From Eledone cirrhosa (lineage: Eukaryota): a DNA stretch of 64,000 nt. The notes beneath the pieces were generated by a model. It had not been told where the DNA came from and made no database searches. It saw only the letters and a program-made list of their open reading frames with translations. Location: positions 43,524,001 to 43,588,000 of the forward strand of contig OZ024756.1 in assembly GCA_964016885.1 (NCBI GenBank). The letters are read 5' to 3'. Positions within the stretch are counted from its first letter, which is position 1; each line of letters opens with the position of its first letter. Below, in pieces: positions 1 to 18,000 of the stretch. Made by a program: the position numbers and the translations under genes.

Positions 1-3000
1 CACACACTAGACAGACATTGGACACACACTAGAGACAGACATTGGACACACACTAGAGACAGACATTGGACACACACTAGAGACAGACATTGGACACACA
101 CTAGAGACAGACATTGGACACACACTAGAGACAGACATAGGACACACACTAGAGACAGACATTGGACACACACTAGAGACAGACATTGGACACACATTAG
201 AGACAGACATTGGACACACACTAGAGACAGATATTAGACACACACTAGAGACAGACATTGGACACACACTAGAGACAGACATTGGACACACACTAGAGAC
301 AGACATTGGAGACACACTAGAGATAGAGATTGGACACACACTAGAGACAGACATTGGACACACACTAGAGACAGACATTGGACACACACTAGAGACGGAC
401 ATTAGACACACACTAGAGACAGACATTGGACACACTCTAGTGAGAAATATTGGACACACACACTAGAGACAGACATTGGAGACACACTAGAGACAGACAT
501 TGGACACACACTAGAGACAGACGTCGGACACACACTAGAGAGAGACATTGGACACACACTAGAGACAGACATTGGACACACACTAGAGAGAGATATTGGA
601 CACACACTAGACGCAGACATCGGACACACACTAGAGACAAACATTGGACACACACACTAGAGAGAGACATTGGACACGCACTAGAGACAGACATTGGACA
701 CACACTAGAGACAGACATTGGACACACACTAGAGACAGACATTGGACGCACAATAGAGACAGACATTGGACACACACTAGAGAGAGACATTGGACACACA
801 CTTGAGACAGACATTGGACACACACTAGAGACAGACATTATACACACACTAGAGACAGACATTGGACACACACTAGAGACAGACTTGGACACACACTAGA
901 GACAGACATTGGACACACACTAGAGACAGACATTGGACACACACTAGAGAGAGATATTGGACACACACACTAGAGACAGACATTGGACACACACTAGAGA
1001 CAGACATTGAACACACACTATAGACAGACATTGGACACAGACTAGAGACAGACGTTGGACACACACACTAGAGACAGACATTGGACACACACTAGAGACA
1101 GACATTGGACTCACACTAGAGACAGACATTGGACACACACTAGAGACATACATTGGACACACACTATAGACAGACATTGGATACACACTAGAGACAGACA
1201 TTGGACACACACTAGAGACAGACATTGGACACACACTAGTGAGAGACATTGGACACACACTAGAGACAGACATTAGACACACACTAGAGAAAGACATTAG
1301 ACACACACTAGAGACAGACATTCGAAACACACTAGAGACAGACATTCGACACACACTAGAGACAGACATTGGACACACACTAGAGACAGACATTAGACAC
1401 ACACTAGAGACAGACATTGGACACACTAGAGACAGACATTGGACAAACACTAGAGACAGACATTGGACACACACTAGTGAGAGACATTGGACACACACTA
1501 GAGACAGACATTGGACACACACTAGAGACAAACATTGGACACACACACTAGAGAGAGACATTGGACACGCACTAGAGACAGACATTAGACACACACTAGA
1601 CAGACATTGGACACACATTACAGACAGACATTGGACACACACTAGAGACAGACATTGGACACATACTAGAGACAGACATTAGACACACACACCAGAGACA
1701 GACATTGGACACACACTAGAGACAGACATTGGACACACACTAGAGACAGACATTGGACACACACTAGAGACAGACATGTGACACACACTAGAGACAGACA
1801 TTAGACACACACTAGAGACAGACATTGGACACACACTAGAGACAGACATTGGAGACACACTAGAGACAGACATTAGACCCACACTAGAGACAGACATTGG
1901 ACACACACTAGAGACAGACATTGGACACACACTAGAGACAGACTTTGGACACACACTAGAGACAGACATTGGACATACACACTAGAGAGAGACATTGGAC
2001 ATACACACTAGAGACAGACATTGGACACACATTAGAGACAGACATTGGACACACACTAGAGATAGACATTGGACACACACAAGAGACAGACATTAGACAC
2101 ACACTAGAGACAGACATTGGACACACACTAGACACAGACATTGGACACACACACTAGAGAGAGACATTGGACACGCACTAGAGACAGACATTGGACACAC
2201 ACTAGACAGGCATTGGACACACACTAGAGACAGACATTGGACACACACTAGAGACAGACATTGGACACACACTAGAGACAGACATTAGACACACACTACA
2301 GACAGACATTAGACACACTCTAGAGACAGACATTGGACACACACTAGAGACAGACATTAGACACACACTAAAGACAGACATTGGACACACACTAGAGACA
2401 GACATTGGTGACACACTAGAGACAGACATTAGACCCACACTAGAGACAGACATTGGACACACACTAGAGACAGACATTGGACACACACTAGAGAGAGACA
2501 TTGGACATACACACTAGAGAGAGATATTGGACACACACACTAGAGACAGACATTGGACACACACTAGAGACAGACATTGGACACACAATAGAGACAGACA
2601 TTGGACACACACTAGAGAGAGACATTGGACACACACTAGCGACAGACATTGGACACACACTAGAGACAGACATTGGACACACACTAGAGACAGACATTGG
2701 ACACACACAAGAGACAGATATTGGACACACACTAGAGACAGACATTGGACACACACACTGGAAACAGACATTGGACACACACACTAGAGACAGACATTGG
2801 ACACACACACACTAGAGACAGCCATTGGACATACACACTAGAGAGAGACATTGGACACACACTAGACAGACATTGGACACACACTAGAGAAAGACATTGG
2901 ACACACACTAGAGACAGGCATTGGACACACACTAGAGATAGACATTGGACACACACTAGAGACAGACATTGGACACACACTAGAGACAGACATTGGACAC

Positions 3001-6000
3001 ACTAGAGACAGACATTGGACACACACTAGAGACAGACATTGGACACACACTAGACACACACACCAGAGACAGACATTGGACACACACTAGAGACAGACAT
3101 TGGACACAAACTAGAGACAGACATTGGACACACACTAGAGACAGACATTGGACACACACTAGTGAGAGACATTGGACACACACTAGAGACAGACATTGGA
3201 CACACACTAGAGACAGACATTGGACACACACTAGAGACAGACAATAGACACACACTAGAGACAGACATTGGACACACACTAGAGTCAGACATTAGACACA
3301 CACTAGAGACAGACATTGGACACACACTAGAGACAGACATTGGACACACACTAGAGACAGACATTGGACACACACTAGAGACATACATTGGACACACACT
3401 ATAGACAGACATTGGATACACACTAGAGACAGACATTGGACACACACTAGAGACAGACATTGGACACACACTAGAGACAGACATTGGACACACACTAGAG
3501 ACAGACATTAGACACACACTAGAGACAAACATTAGACACACACTAGAGACAGACATTCGACACACACTAGAGACAGACATTGGACACACACTAGAGACAG
3601 ACATTGGACACACTAGAGACAGACATTGGACAAACACTAGAGACAGACATTGGACACGCACTAGAGACAGACATTAGACACACACTAGACAGACATTGGA
3701 CACACACTACAGACAGACATTGGACACACACTAGAGACAGACATTGGACACACACTAGAAACAGACATTGGAGACACACTAGAGACAGACATTAGACCCA
3801 CACTAGAGACAGACATTGGACACACACTAGAGACAGACATTGGACACACACTAGAGACAGACATTGGAGACACACTAGAGACAGACATTAGACCCACACT
3901 AGAGACAGACATTGGACACACACAAGAGACAGATATTGGACACACACTAGAGACAGACTTTGGACACACACTAGAGACAGACATTGGACATACACACTAG
4001 AGAGAGACATTGGACATACACACTAGAGACAGACATTGGACACACATTAGAGACAGACATTGGACACACACTAGAGATAGACATTGGACACACACTAGAG
4101 ACAGACATTAGACACACACTAGAGACAGACATTGGACACACACTAGAGACAGACATTGGACACACACTAGAGACAGACATTGGAGACACACTAGAGACAG
4201 ACATTAGACCCACACTAGAGACAGACATTGGACACACACTAGAGACAGACATTGGACACACACTAGAGACAGACTTTGGACACACACTAGAGACAGACAT
4301 TGGACATACACACTAGAGAGAGACATTGGACATACACACTAGAGACAGACATTGGACACACATTAGAGACAGACATTGGACACACACTAGAGATAGACAT
4401 TGGACACACACAAGAGACAGACATTAGACACACACTAGAGACAGACATTGGACACACACTAGACACAGACATTGGACACACACACTAGAGAGAGACATTG
4501 GACACGCACTAGAGACAGACATTGGACACACACTAGACAGGCATTGGACACACACTAGAGACAGACATTGGACACACACTAGAGACAGACATTGGACACA
4601 CACTAGAGACAGACATTAGACACACACTACAGACAGACATTAGACACACTCTAGAGACAGACATTGGACACACACTAGAGACAGACATTAGACACACACT
4701 AAAGACAGACATTGGACACACACTAGAGACAGACATTGGTGACACACTAGAGACAGACATTAGACCCACACTAGAGACAGACATTGGACACACACTAGAG
4801 ACAGACATTGGACACACACTAGAGAGAGACATTGGACATACACACTAGAGAGAGATATTGGACACACACACTAGAGACAGACATTGGACACACACTAGAG
4901 ACAGACATTGGACACACAATAGAGACAGACATTGGACACACACTAGAGAGAGACATTGGACACACACTAGCGACAGACATTGGACACACACTAGAGACAG
5001 ACATTGGACACACACTAGAGACAGACATTGGACACACACAAGAGACAGATATTGGACACACACTAGAGACAGACATTGGACACACACACTGGAAACAGAC
5101 ATTGGACACACACACTAGAGACAGACATTGGACACACACACACTAGAGACAGCCATTGGACATACACACTAGAGAGAGACATTGGACACACACTAGACAG
5201 ACATTGGACACACACTAGAGAAAGACATTGGACACACACTAGAGACAGGCATTGGACACACACTAGAGATAGACATTGGACACACACTAGAGACAGACAT
5301 TGGACACACACTAGAGACAGACATTGGACACACTAGAGACAGACATTGGACACACACTAGAGACAGACATTGGACACACACTAGACACACACACCAGAGA
5401 CAGACATTGGACACACACTAGAGACAGACATTGGACACAAACTAGAGACAGACATTGGACACACACTAGAGACAGACATTGGACACACACTAGTGAGAGA
5501 CATTGGACACACACTAGAGACAGACATTGGACACACACTAGAGACAGACATTGGACACACACTAGAGACAGACATTAGACACACACTAGAGACAGACATT
5601 GGACACACACTAGAGTCAGACATTAGACACACACTAGAGACAGACATTGGACACACACTAGAGACAGACTTGGACACACACTAGAGACAGACATTGGACA
5701 CACACTAGAGACAGACATTGGACACACACTAGAGACATACATTGGACACACACTATAGACAGACATTGGATACACACTAGAGACAGACATTGGACACACA
5801 CTAGAGACAGACATTGGACACACACTAGAGACAGACATTGGACACACACTAGAGACAGACATTAGACACACACTAGAGACAAACATTAGACACACACTAG
5901 AGACAGACATTCGACACACACTAGAGACAGACATTGGACACACACTAGAGACAGACATTGGACACACTAGAGACAGACATTGGACAAACACTAGAGACAG

Positions 6001-9000
6001 ACATTGGACACGCACTAGAGACAGACATTAGACACACACTAGACAGACATTGGACACACACTACAGACAGACATTGGACACACACTAGGGACAGACATTG
6101 GACACATACTAGAGACAGACATTAGACACACACACCAGAGACAGACAGTGGACACACACTAGAGACAGACATTGGACACACACTAGAGACAGACATTGGA
6201 CACACACTAGAGACAGACATTTGACACACACTAGAGACAGACATTGGACACACAATAGAGACAGACATTGGACACACACTAGAGACAGACATTGGACACA
6301 CACTAGTGAGAGATATTGGACACACACTAGAGACAGACATTAGACACACACTAGAGACATACATTGGACACACACTAGAGACATACATTGGACACACACT
6401 AGAGACAGTCTTTGGACACACACTAGAGAGAGACATTGGACACACACACTAGAGACAGACATTGGACACACACTAGAGACAGACATTGGACACACATTAG
6501 AGACAGACTTTGGACACACACTAGAGACAGACATTGGACATACACACTAGAGAGAGACATTGGACATACACACTAGAGACTGACATTGGACACACATTAG
6601 AGACAGACATTGGACACACACACTAGAGACTGACATTGGACACACATTAGAGACAGACATTGGACACACACTAGAGATAGACATTGGACACACACTAGAG
6701 ACAGACATTAGACACACACTAGAGACAGACATTGGACACACACTAGACACAGACATTGGACACACACACTAGAGAGAGACATTGGACACGCACTAGGGAC
6801 AGACATTGGACACACACTAGACAGACATTGGACACACACTAGAGACAGACATTGGACACACACTAGAGACAGACATTGGACACACACTAGAGACAGACAT
6901 TAGACACACACTAGAGACAGACATTAGACACACCCTAGAGACAGACATTGGACACACACTAGAGACAGACATTGGACACACACTAGAGACAGACTTTGGA
7001 CACACACTAGAGACAGACATTGGACATACACACTAGAGAGAGACATTGGACATACACACTAGAGACAGACATTGGACACACATTAGAGACAGACATTGCA
7101 CACACACTAGACAGACGTTGGACACACACTAAAAAATGACATTGGACACACACTAGAGACAGACATTGGAGACACACTAGAGACAGACATTGGACACACA
7201 ATAGAGACAGACATTGGACACACACACTAGACACAGACAACGGACACACACTAGAGACAGACATTGGACACAAACTAGAGTCAGACATTGGACACACACT
7301 AGAGAGAGACATTGGACACACACAAGAGACAGACATTGGACACACACTAGAGACAGACATTGGACACACACTAGAGACAGACATTGGACACACACTAGAG
7401 ACATACATTGGACACACACACTAGACACAGACATCAGACACACACTAGAGACAGACATTGGACACACACTAGAGCGAGATATTGGACACACACTCGAGAC
7501 AGACATTGGACACACACTAGAGACAGACATTGGACACACACTAGAGACAGACATTGGACACACACTAGAGACAGACATTGGACACACACTAGAGACAGAC
7601 ATTGGACACACTCTAGAGACAGACATTGGACACACACTAGAGACAGACATTGGACACACACTAGAGACAAACATTAGACACACACTAGAGACAGACATTG
7701 GACACACACTAGTGAGAGATATTGCAAACACACACTAGAGACAGACATTGGAGACACACTAGAGACAGACATTGGACACACACTAGAGACAGACATCGGA
7801 TACACACTAGACGCAGACATCGGACACACACTAGAAACTGACATTGGACACACACTAGAGAGAGATATTGGACACACACCAGAGAGAGACATTGGACACA
7901 CACTAGAGAGAGATATTGGACACACACTAGACGCAGACATCGGACACACACTAGAAACTGACATTGGAAACACACTAGAGAGAGATATTGGACACACACT
8001 AGAGACAGACATTGTACACACACACTAGACACAGACATTGGACGCACACTAGAGACAGACATTAGACACACACTAGAGACAGACATTGGACACACACTAG
8101 AGACTGACATTGGACACACACTAGAGACAGACATTGGACACACACTAGAGACAGACATTGGACACACACTAGAGACAGACATTGGACACACTAGAGACAG
8201 ACATTGGACACACACTAGAGACAGACATTGGACACACACTAGAGACAGACATTGGACACACACTAGAGACAGACATTTGACACACACTAGAGACAGACAT
8301 TGGACACACAATAGAGACAGACATTGGACACACACTAGAGACAGACATTGGACACACACTAGTGAGAGATATTGGACACACACTAGAGACAGACATTAGA
8401 CACACACTAGAGACAGACATTGGACACACACTAGAGACAGTCTTTGGACACACACTAGAGAGAGACATTGGACACACACACTAGAGACAGACATTGGACA
8501 CACACTAGAGACAGACATTGGACACACATTAGAGACAGACTTTGGACACACACTAGAGACAGACATTGGACATACACACTAGAGAGAGACATTGGACATA
8601 CACACTAGAGACTGACATTGGACACACATTAGAGACAGACATTGGACACACACACTAGAGACTGACATTGGACACACATTAGAGACAGACATTGGACACA
8701 CACTAGAGATAGACATTGGACACACACTAGAGACAGACATTAGACACACACTAGAGACAGACATTGGACACACACTAGACACAGACATTGGACACACACA
8801 CTAGAGAGAGACATTGGACACGCACTAGGGACAGACATTGGACACACACTAGACAGACATTGGACACACACTAGAGACAGACATTGGACACACACTAGAG
8901 ACAGACATTGGACACACACTAGAGACAGACATTAGACACACACTAGAGACAGACATTAGACACACCCTAGAGACAGACATTGGACACACACTAGAGACAG

Positions 9001-12000
9001 ACATTGGACACACACTAGAGACAGACTTTGGACACACACTAGAGACAGACATTGGACATACACACTAGAGAGAGACATTGGACATACACACTAGAGACAG
9101 ACATTGGACACACATTAGAGACAGACATTGCACACACACTAGACAGACGTTGGACACACACTAGAAAATGACATTGGACACACACTAGAGACAGACATTG
9201 GAGACACACTAGAGACAGACATTGGACACACAATAGAGACAGACATTGGACACACACACTAGTCACAGACAACGGACACACACTAGAGACAGATATTGGA
9301 CACAAACTAGAGTCAGACATTGGACACACACTAGAGAGAGACATTGGACACACACAAGAGACAGACATTGGACACACACTAGAGACAGACATTGGACACA
9401 CACTAGAGACAGACATTGGACACACACTAGAGACATACATTGGACACACACACTAGACACAGACATCAGACACACACTAGAGACAGACATTGGACACACA
9501 CTAGAGCGAGATATTGGACACACACTCGAGACAGACATTGGACACACACTAGAGACAGACATTGGACACACACTAGGGACAGACATTGGACACACACTAG
9601 AGACAGACATTGGACACACACTAGAGACAGACATTGGACACACTCTAGAGACAGACATTGGACACACACTAGAGACAGACATTGGACACACACTAGAGAC
9701 AGACATTAGACACACACTAGAGACAGACATTGGACACACACTAGTGAGAGATATTGCAAACACACACTAGAGACACACATTGGAGACACACTAGAGACAG
9801 ACATTGGACACACACTAGAGACAGACATCGGATACACACTAGACGCAGACATCGGACACACACTAGAAACTGACATTGGACACACACTAGAGAGAGATAT
9901 TGGACACACACCAGAGAGAGACATTGGACACACACTAGAGAGAGATATTGGACACACACTAGACGCAGACATAGGACACACACTAGAAACTGACATTGGA
10001 AACACACTAGAGAGAGATATTGGACACACACTAGAGACAGACATTGTACACACACACTAGACACAGACATTGGACGCACACTAGAGACAGACATTAGACA
10101 CACACTAGAGACAGACATTGGACACACACTAGAGACTGACATTGGACACACACTAGAGACAGACATTGGACACACACTAGAGACAGACATTGGACACACA
10201 CTAGAGACAGACATTGGACACACTAGAGACAGACATTGGACACACACTAGAGACAGACATTGGACACAAACTAGAGACAGACATTGGACACACACTAGAG
10301 ACAGACATTGGACACACACTAGAGACAGACATTGGACACAAACTAGAGACAGACATTGGACACACACTAGAGACAGACATTGGACACACACTAGAGACAG
10401 ACATTAGACACACACTAGAGACAGACATTGGACACACACTAGAGAGAGACATTGGACACACACTAGAGACAGGCATTGTTCACACACTAGAGACAGACAT
10501 TGGACACACAATAGAGACAGACATAGGACACACACTAGAGACAGACATTAGACACACACTAGAGAGAGACGTTGGACACACACTAGAGACAGACATTGGA
10601 CACACACTAGAGACAGACATTGGACACACACTAGAGACAGACATTAGACACACACTAGAGACAGACGTTAGAGACACACTAGAGACAGACATTGGACACA
10701 CACTAGAGACAGACATTGGACACACACTAGAGACAGACATTGGACACACACTAGAGACAGACATTGGACACACACTAGAGACAGACATTAGACACACACT
10801 AGAGACAGACATTGGACACACACTAGAGACAAACATTGGACACACACACTAGAGAGAGACATTGGACACGCACTAGAGACAGACATTGGACACACACTAG
10901 ACAGACATTGGACACACACAAGAGACAGACATTGGACACACAATAGAGACAGACATAGGACACACACTAGAGACAGACATTAGACACACACTAGAGACAG
11001 ACATTGGACACACACTAGAGAGAGACATTGGACAAACACTAGAGACAGACATTGGACACACACTAGAGACAGACATTGGACACACACTAGAGAGAGACAT
11101 TGGACACACACTAGAGACAGACATTGGACACACACTAGAGACAGACATTGGACACACACTAGAGACAGACACTGGACACACACTAGAGACAGACATTGGA
11201 CACACACTAGAGACAGACATTGGACACACACACTGGAAACAGACATTGGACACACACACTAGAGACAGACATTGGACACACACCAGAGACAGACATTGGA
11301 TACACACTAGAGACAGACATTGGACACACACTAGAAACAAACAATGGGCACACACTAGACAGACATTGCACACACACTAGAGACAGACATTGGACACACA
11401 CTAGAGACAGACATTGGACACACACTAGGGACAGACATTGGACACATACTAGAGACAGACATTAGACACACACACCAGAGACAGACATTGGACACACACT
11501 AGAGACAGACATTGGACACACACTAGAGACAGACATTAGACACACACTAGAGACAGACATTGGACACACACTAGAGACAGACATTAGACACACACTAGAG
11601 ACATACATTGGACACACACTAGAGACAGACATTGGAGACACACTAGAGACAGACATTAGACCCACACTAGAGACAGACATTGGACACACACTAGAGACAT
11701 ACATTGGACACACACTAGAGACAGACTTTGGACACACACTAGAGACAGACATTGGACACGCACTAGAGACAGACATTGGACACACACTAGACAGACATTG
11801 CACACACACTAGAGACAGACATTGGACACACACTAGAGAGAGATATTTGACACACACACTAGAGACAGACATTGGACACACACTAGAGACAGACATTGGA
11901 CAGACACTAGAGACAGACATTGGACATACACACTAGAGACAGACATTGGACATACACACTAGAGAGAGACATTGGACATACATACTAGAGACAGACATTG

Positions 12001-15000
12001 GACACACATTAGAGACAGACATTGGACACACACTAGAGACAGACATTGGCCTCACACTAGAGACAGATATTGGACACACACACTAGAGAGAGACATTGGA
12101 CAAACACTAGAGACAGAAATTGGACACACACTAGAGACAGACATTGAACACACACTAGAGACAGACATTGGACACACACACTAGACACAGACAACGGACA
12201 CACACTAGATACAGACATTGGACACACACTAGAGAAAGATATTGGACACACACTAGAGACAGACATTGGACACACACTAGAGACAGACATTGGACACACA
12301 CACTAGACACAGACATTAGACACACACTAGAGACACAAATTGGACACACACTAGAGACAGACATTGGACACACACTAGAGACAGACATTGGACACACAGT
12401 AGAGAACAGACATTGGACACACACTAGATACAGACGTTGGACACACACTAGAGACAGACATTAGACACACACTAGAGACACACATTGGACACACACTAGA
12501 GACAGACATTGGACACACACTAGAGACAGACGTTGGACACACACTAGAGAACAGACATTGGACACAGACTAGAGACAGACATTGGACACACACTAGAGAC
12601 AGACATTAGACACACACTAGAGACAGACATTGGACACACACTAGAGACAGACATTGGACACACACTAGAGACAGACATTGGACACACACTAGAGACAGAC
12701 ATTGGACACACTAGAGACAGACATTAGACACACACTAAAGACAGACATTGGACACACACTAGAGACAGACATTGGACACACACTAGAGACAGACATTGGA
12801 CACACACTAGAGACATACATTGGACACACACTAGAGACAGACTTTGGACACACACTAGAGACAGACATTGGACACGCACTAGAGACAGACATTGGACACA
12901 CACTAGACAGACATTGGACACACACTAGAGACAGACATTGGAGACACACTAGAGACAGACATTGGACACACTAGAGACAGACATTAGACACACACTAAAG
13001 ACAGACATTGGACACATACTAGAGACAGACATTAGACACACACACCAGAGACAGACATTGGACACACACTAGAGACAGACATTGGAGACACACTAGAGAC
13101 AGACATTGGACACACTAGAGACAGACATTGGACACACACTAGAGACAGACATTAGACACACACTAGACACAGACATTGGACGCACACTAGAGACAGACAT
13201 TAGACTCACACTAAAGACAGACATTGGACACACACTAGAGACAGACATTGGACACACACTAGAGACAGACATTGGACACACACTAGAGACAGACATTGGA
13301 CACACCCTAGAGACAGACATTGGACACACTAGAGACAGACATTGGACACACACTAGGGACAGACATTAGACACACTAGAGACAGACATTGGACACACACT
13401 AGAGACATACATTGGACACACACTAGAGACAGACTTTGGACACACACTAGAGACAGACATTGGACACGCACTAGAGACAGACATTGGACACACACTAGAC
13501 AGACATTGGACACACACTAGAGACAGACATTGGACACACACTAGAGAGAGATATTGGACACACACACTAGAGACAGACATTGGACACACACTAGAGACAG
13601 ACATTGGACAGACACTAGAGACAGACATTGGACACACACTAGAGACAGACATTGGACATACACACTAGAGACAGACATTGGACACACATTAGAGACAGAC
13701 ATTGGACACACACTAGAGACAGACCTTGGACTCACACTAGAGAGAGACATTGGACACACACACTAGAGAGAGACATTGGACACGCACTAGAGACAGAAAT
13801 TGGACACACACTAGAGACAGACATTGGACACACACTAGAGACAGACATTGGACACACACACTAGACACAGACAACGGACACACACTAGATACAGACATTG
13901 GACACACACTAGAGAAAGATATTGGACACACACTAGAGACAGACATTGGACACACACTAGAGACAGACATTGGACACACACACTAGACACAGACAACGGA
14001 CACACACTAGATACAGACATTGGACACACACTAGAGAAAGATATTGGACACACACTAGAGACAGACATTGGACACACACTAGAGACAGACATTGGACACA
14101 CACACTAGACACAGACATTAGACACACACTAGAGACACAAATTGGACACACACTAGAGACAGACATTGGACACACACTAGAGACAGACATTGGACACACA
14201 GTAGAGAACAGACATTGGACACACACTAGATACAGACATTGGACACACACTAGAGACAGACATTAGACACACACTAGAGACACACATTGGACACACACTA
14301 GAGACAGACATTGGACACACACTAGAGACAGGCGTTGGACACACACTAGAGAACAGACATTGGACACACACTAGAGACAGACATTGGACACACACTAGAG
14401 ACAGACATTAGACACACACTAGAGACAGACATTGGACACACACTAGAGACAGACATTGGACACACACTAGAGACAGACATTGGACACACACTAGAGACAG
14501 ACATTGGACACACTAGAGACAGACATTAGACACACACTAAAGACAGACATTGGACACACACTAGAGACAGACATTGGACACACACTAGAGACAGACATTG
14601 GACACACACTAGAGACAGACATTGGAGACACACTAGAGACAGACATTGGACACACTAGAGACAGACATTGGACACACACTAGAGACAGACATTATACACA
14701 CACTAGAGACAGACATTGGACACACACTAGTGAGAGATATTGGAGACACACACTAGAGACAGACATTGGAGACACACTAGAGACAGACATTGGACACACA
14801 CTAGAGACAGACATCGGACACACACTAGAGACAGACATTGGACACACACTAGAGAGAGACATTGGACACACACTAGAGACAGACATTAGACACACACTAG
14901 ACACAGACATTGGACGCACACTAGAGACAGACATTAGACACACACTAAAGACAGACATTGGACACACACTAGAGACAGACATTGGACACACACTAGAGAC

Positions 15001-18000
15001 AGACATTGGACACACACTAGAGACAGACATTGGACACACACTAGAGAGAGACATTAGACACACACTAGAGACAGACATTGGACACACACTAGAGACAGAC
15101 ATTGGACACACACTAGAGACAGACATTGGACACACACTAGAGACAGACATTGGACACACACTAGAGACAGACATTGGACACACACTAGAGACAGACATTG
15201 GACACACTAGAGACAGACATTGGACACACACTAGAGACAGACATTAGACACACTAGAGACAGACATTGGACACACACTAGAGACAGACATTAGACACACA
15301 CTAGAGAGAGACATTAGACACACACTAGAGACAGACATTGGACACACACTAGAGACAGACATTGGACACACACTAGAGACAGACATTGGACACACACTAG
15401 AGACAGACATTGGACACACTAGAGACAGACATTGGACACACACTAGAGACAGACATTGGACACACACCAGAGACAGACATTGGACACACACTAGAGACAG
15501 ACATTGGACACACAATAGAGACAGACATTGGACACAAACTAGAGACACACATTGGACACACACTAGCGACAGACATTGGACACATACTAGAGACAGACAT
15601 TAGACACACACACCAGAGACAGACATTCGACACACACTAGAGACAGACATTGGACACACACTAGAGACAGACATTGGACACACTTTAGAGACAGACATTG
15701 GACACACACCAGAGACAGACATTGGACACACACTAGAGACAGACATTGGAGACACACTAGAGACAGACATTGGACACTCACTAGAGACAGACATTGGACA
15801 CACACTAGAGACAGACATTGGACACACACTAGAGACAGACATTAGACACACACTAGAGACAGACATTAGACACACACTAGAGACAGACATTGGACACACA
15901 CTAGAGACAGACATTAGACACACACTAGAGACAGACATTGGACACACACTAGAGCCAGACATTGGAGACACACTAGAGCCAGACATTAGACACACACTAG
16001 AGACAGACATTGGACACACACTAGAGACATACATTGGACACACACTAGAGACAGACTTTGGACACACACTAGAGACAGACATTGGACATACACTAGAGAC
16101 AGACTTTGGACACACACTAGAGACAGACATTGGACATACACACTAGAGAGAGATATTGGACACACACACTAGAGACAGACATTGGACACACATTAGAGAC
16201 AGACATTGGACAGACACTAGAGACAGACATTGGACAGACACTAGAGAAGACATTGGACAGACACTAGAGACAGACGTTAGACACACACTAGAGACAGACA
16301 TTGGACACACACTAGAGACAGACATTGGACACACACACTAGAGAGAGACATTGGACACGCACTAGAGACAGACATTGGACACACACTAGACAGACATTGG
16401 ACACACACTAGAGACAGACATTGGACACACACTAGAGACAGACATTGGACACACACTAGAGACAGACATTGGACACACACTAGAGACAGACATTAGACAC
16501 ACACTAGAGACAGACATTGGACACACATTAGAGACAGACATTGGAGACACACTAGAGACAGACATTAGACACACACTAGAGACAGACATTGGACATACAC
16601 ACTAGAGAGAGATATTGGACACACACACTAGAGACAGACATTGGACACACACTAGAGACAGACATTGGACACACACTAGAGACAGACTTTGGACACACAC
16701 TAGAGACAGACATTGGACACACACTAGAGACAGACATTGGACACACACTAGAGACAGACATTGGACACACACTAGAGAGAGACATTGGACACATACATAG
16801 AGACACACATTGGACACACACTAGCGACAGACATTGGACACATACTAGAGACAGACATTAGACACACACACCAGAGACAGACATTCAACACACACTAGAG
16901 ACAGACATTGGACACACACTAGAGACAGACATTGGACACACACTAGAGACAGACATTGGACACACACTAGAGACAGACATTAGACACACACACCAGAGAC
17001 AGACATTCGACACACACTAGAGAGAGACATTGGACACACACTAGAGACACACATTGGACACACACTAGCGACAGACATTGGACACATACTAGAGACAGAC
17101 ATTAGACACACACACCAGAGACAGACATTGGACACACACTAGAGACAGACATTGGACACACACTAGAGACAGACATTGGACACACACACTAGAGAGAGAC
17201 ATTGGACACGCAATAGAGACAGACATTGGACACACACTAGAGACAGACATTGGACACATACTAGAGACAGACATTGGACACACACTAGAGACAGACATTG
17301 GACACATACTAGAGACAGACATTAGACACACACTTGAGACATACATTGGACACACACTAGAGACAGACATTGGACACACACTAGAGACAGACATTGGACA
17401 CATACTAGAGACAGACATTAGACACACACTTGAGACATACATTGAACACACACTAGAGACAGACATTGGACACACACTAGAGACAGACATTGGACACACA
17501 CACTAGAGACAGACATTGGACACACACTAGACAGACATTGGACACACACTAGAGACAGACATTGGACACACACTAGAGACAGACATTAGACACACACTAG
17601 AGACAGACATTGGACACACACTAGAGACAGACATTGGAGACACACTAGAGACAGACATTAGACCCACACTAGAGACAGACATTGGACACACACTAGAGAC
17701 AGACTTTGGACACACACTAGAGACAGACATTGGACATACACACTAGAGAGAGATATTGGACACACACACTAGAGACAGACATTGGACACACACTAGAGAC
17801 AGACATTGGACACACACTAGAGACAGACTTTGGACACACACTAGAGACAGACATTGGACACACACTAGAGACAGACATTGGACACACACTAGAGACAGAC
17901 ATTGGACACACACTAGACAGACATTGGACACACACTAGAGACAGACATTGGACACACACTAGAGACAGACATTGGACACATACTAGAGACAGACATTAGA